From NCBI GenBank assembly GCA_035221665.1, contig CM069138.1, positions 71,486,001-71,550,000 on the forward strand: 64,000 bases of DNA, read 5' to 3'. The stretch is from Okamejei kenojei (taxonomy: Eukaryota). The stretch's first letter is position 1. Each line of letters opens with the position of its first letter. Positions 60,601 to 64,000 of the stretch are shown here, one piece after another. A program made the position numbers and the translations under genes. The notes below the pieces were generated by a model. The model made no database searches, had not been told where the DNA came from, and worked only from the letters and a program-made list of their open reading frames with translations.

Positions 60601-63287
60601 CAGGCTTTGTGAAGCATTCTGTATACAAATACACAGCACGTTTCATCCATGCTTATTGCCAAACATTGGGTTAATGTAAAGTTTGTGTTCAGAAAGGATG
60701 CGGAATTCTGATGCTGACAAGTGCAAAGCGGTTGGGTCTAAGATGAGGCAGATTTTTGCAGGTTCTGTTTGTACCTGTTGTGGTTAGTTGATTCAACCCC
60801 ACCAAAAATCAGGATTCTACACAAATGTGAAATGGGTCGGGCTGGTCAATACCATATGATCAAGGCCATTGCGCATGATAACATTTCTTCTAAGCAGCAA
60901 ATCATAGACAAAATGGATTGAGGTGTGTACTGTCAGTACAAAATATAACGATATCACGGGGCGGTCATGTGCGATTGATGGAACTAGGTGCACTGTTGTT
61001 CCTCCTGTTTGTAGCCAGAAAGGATTAAATAGAACTTGTCCTTAACTATGTGCAACGGCTCTTTAAAGGGAAGGGTCTGAAGAAGATAATGTTTCTATTT
61101 AAAATGTTCTCTTGGGTGATTTGAAAGTCAAAGAGACTGGATGCAGTCATGTGGCATTTTATCTAAAGAAGCATAATGTGGTTGAGGAAGAATGTGTTTC
61201 TGAACTGTGGAAACGACTATGCTTATACTGATTATTAAATGCTCAGATCTCCTAATAATGTAGATTTTATGTGTGCCATTTTTGTGTGTTGGTGTGGGGG
61301 GTTGTGTGCGCCAGATGAAATCCAATAATATTAATTAACTACATTTAATTTAGTAATTGGATAAGTTGAATTTAAATTATAAAATGAGGAAGCGTGAAAC
61401 CTCAAAACAATGACGTTTAATTTCTGGATTATTGTTTGTTAATCATAGGTATTAGTTTAGTCGACCCCACCAACAGTCTTTGATTGCATAATAAATATAC
61501 ATAGACATTTTTTTAAATTAAGATTAGAGACAATGCAATCAGAAATTGATGAAATCCACAAATGTACGTGAAGCTGGTCGTCAGCCATTCGATAATTAGG
61601 CGGAATTTTTGTTGTTAAATATTTTCAACTTTCCTGACTGATTACTAGACCTTTAGGAAACCCTTTCAGGAAAGCAACTGCCAGCAACACTGTGCCTGCT
61701 GAATGGTTAATTTAACATCAGAAGCAATTCTGAGACAGCCTTGTTTTTGGACACTAAAAAGGGTTTACATTGGGTTAACGGAATGCAGAGGGACAGCCAG
61801 CTGTTGGAGCTCACTTTATTTGAAGGAAACCATGATTGGAGGAGCTATATTTCAGAACAGTTCCTGCAATGGCTTTGACTACGCCGGTTAGCCTTTCCAC
61901 AATTGCTTCGAGCCACATTGTCGTATTGCTCTGTAGCAGGCAATTCATGTCAACACAGTAAAGATATCGGTACTTGCACAAGGGAAGCATTTGTCATCAT
62001 ACTTCTGGAACATCCAGAGTTTTCAAATTGGGTATGAAGACGTGAAGCGCCCTGATGAGTTTTTCTCTCATCGTCATTCCTGAACTCTCAGCTCCATGCT
62101 AAATTTGCAAGTGGCATTTAAAAAAAAGGCTGTCAGCGTGCAACACTTCAGCAAAATGAAATAACATGCAAGACCTATTATCCAATACAAACTTGAATTT
62201 CAGAGGTAAAAATCTCAAGCCTTCCCTTCAAAATGACCTAAAATTTAGATTTTATTATGTTTAATACATTTCTAAAAAGTGTTTGACTTAAAATATTTAA
62301 TCGAGTCACATGAATCTTCTCATAGGAAAGACCATTCAGTTCAAAAAGGATTTGCCAATGCCATTGCGTTTTATAAAATAAATAATGCTAAAAAGAATTT
62401 GCCGTTGTACTTTCAGCGATAAAATATATAAAATGGTATTGAGAAACTGAGGCAAAGTAATGATCAAAACTTGTAAAATTATTTGTCAGCTCAAGCTGTC
62501 ATTTTCACAGAAACTTTTGCAGCGGTGTTTGAGCAAGGTCCCTTTAATTTTTTTTCTCGCAGTGCTTTAAGATTAATAAAAATTGTGCTTTAAATGCTGT
62601 AAAACATATATGGTTGTGGAATTTTGTTTCCCTCCTCCCAGTTTACTGATTTCCCGCCTACTGTACCTGCATTGCTTCCCTTAGCCAGTGTAGGAATTGT
62701 CCTGTCTGCAGTGCTTTGCTCTGAGTGGCTACAATCCCACCAATGCGAAGACTGGTGAGGTCGGGGATTGCATATGTAAAGACCTGCTTCATATTAATAA
62801 GCTACAATCGGGACTTTAAGACCTTGATTAGGAGAGTGCGAGCTTGGTCCCAGCTGGCTTTGCCTATAGGCTGTCACCAGAGAACATTTGTGTTAATTGT
62901 GCCACTCTGTCAGGGAACTTTGATTTATTGCCAGGAGTGTGGACTCGAATAATGGTGCTGAGCGCACATGGATTTTGTAGAACTTTGTCTCCCTGAATCT
63001 TTTTCTCTCCGCTACAACGAAGAGTAGGTACCCTTTTCTTTCCATTCCGGGCTTTTTTTTTGTTTTACAGGGCTACTGGGGATTTGTTGTATATGTGTCT
63101 GTCGTTGTGTGTCTGTGCTGCCTGCTTGCATGTTTTGTGCCAGGATTATGTCCTACTCTTCTGTGTAACGGATGTTCTCTGAATTATCTCCAGATTCCCA
63201 GAAGCAGTCTACTGTTACTGCATATTGTGCTGCTATTTGTAATGTAGCCAAAGATGTGAAAAAGCCATTGGAATGGACAAGGTCTCT

Positions 63288-63352
63288 GCTGTGTGTATGT
63301 GTCTGCGTCTGTGAGTGTGTCTGTGCCTGCGTGTATGTGTGAGTGAGAGAGA
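63288..63352. repeat. degenerate (TG)n/(GA)n microsatellite
   Basis: Direct observation. Confidence 0.85.
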
Positions 63353-64000
63353 AACAGATATTACCTTTATTTTAAATGGTGTTTTATTTTATTCTCAAAG
63401 CAAATTACTATGATTGTCTTTTATAATGCACTTGATGTAGTAGCATCCAAATGAAATTTGTACAACATAGCTTTTGTTACTGATTCTAAGCAGAGATTTT
63501 TTTTAACAGGCAGCTTGCCGCAAACGAGGAAAGGGAGAATAAAATCTAGCTGACAACTTGTATCAAGTTCTCTCACTTTTCATTGTACTATTTAAACGAT
63601 TGTCCCTTTAAATGATCGCCCCTGTTCCAGGAGCAACAGGCACGGGCTATGGGAAGAACGTCACAAACCTGTATGAAAATACCTTCACATCTTGAAATGC
63701 TTCAAATAGAGTTTTCTCCCGCTGTTCGGCAGGTTTTGCATATTTGCACGGAGCTTTAAATATTGCAAGAGGTCAGATGCTCCGTTTGAAAGATGCAAGA
63801 TGTACTCTATGACAACCTTGTATTCCGAGGGAAGAGGCTATTTAGTGTGTTCATTTGAATGCTTTTTGCTGCACCTCTTTTGTTGTCAGAGCCTCCAGTG
63901 ATATAGTAATTAACCTGCAGTAAAAATAAAACCCATGCGACTCCTGGTTTCATTCCCACACAAAAGCTTTTTTTAAAAAAAATAAATGTATTCCCTGGCT

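Overview
This is AT-rich, CpG-depleted vertebrate non-coding DNA. It is most likely from a cartilaginous fish (skate/ray/shark), inferred from HE1-like V-SINEs and HER1/CR1-type LINE tails. I find no intact host gene, rRNA, tRNA or CRISPR array. Nearly all ORFs in the track are spurious or repeat-derived. The window looks like a large intron or gene desert containing: about 9 tRNA-derived SINEs; many 5'-truncated CR1-clade and Rex/Babar LINE ends; two same-family decayed Tc1 transposons in inverted orientation (20428-22012 and 25926-27537); a CpG-rich Harbinger/Tourist-type MITE; a Penelope-like (PLE) GIY-YIG 3' fragment; probable Ty3/Gypsy pol and gag-like fossils; and several TE-free, enhancer-like blocks. 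The most notable signal is a family of about 18 short (roughly 80-450 bp) non-coding PLE-derived elements. Many carry a recognisable minimal hammerhead-ribozyme motif (CTGAAGA-A-GGGTCTCGACCC-GAAACGTC). They are often arranged as head-to-head fold-backs, at least six are flanked by exact 9-17 bp target-site duplications, and they repeatedly nest inside their own family. All family assignments are by eye, without database searches, and most repeat boundaries are approximate.
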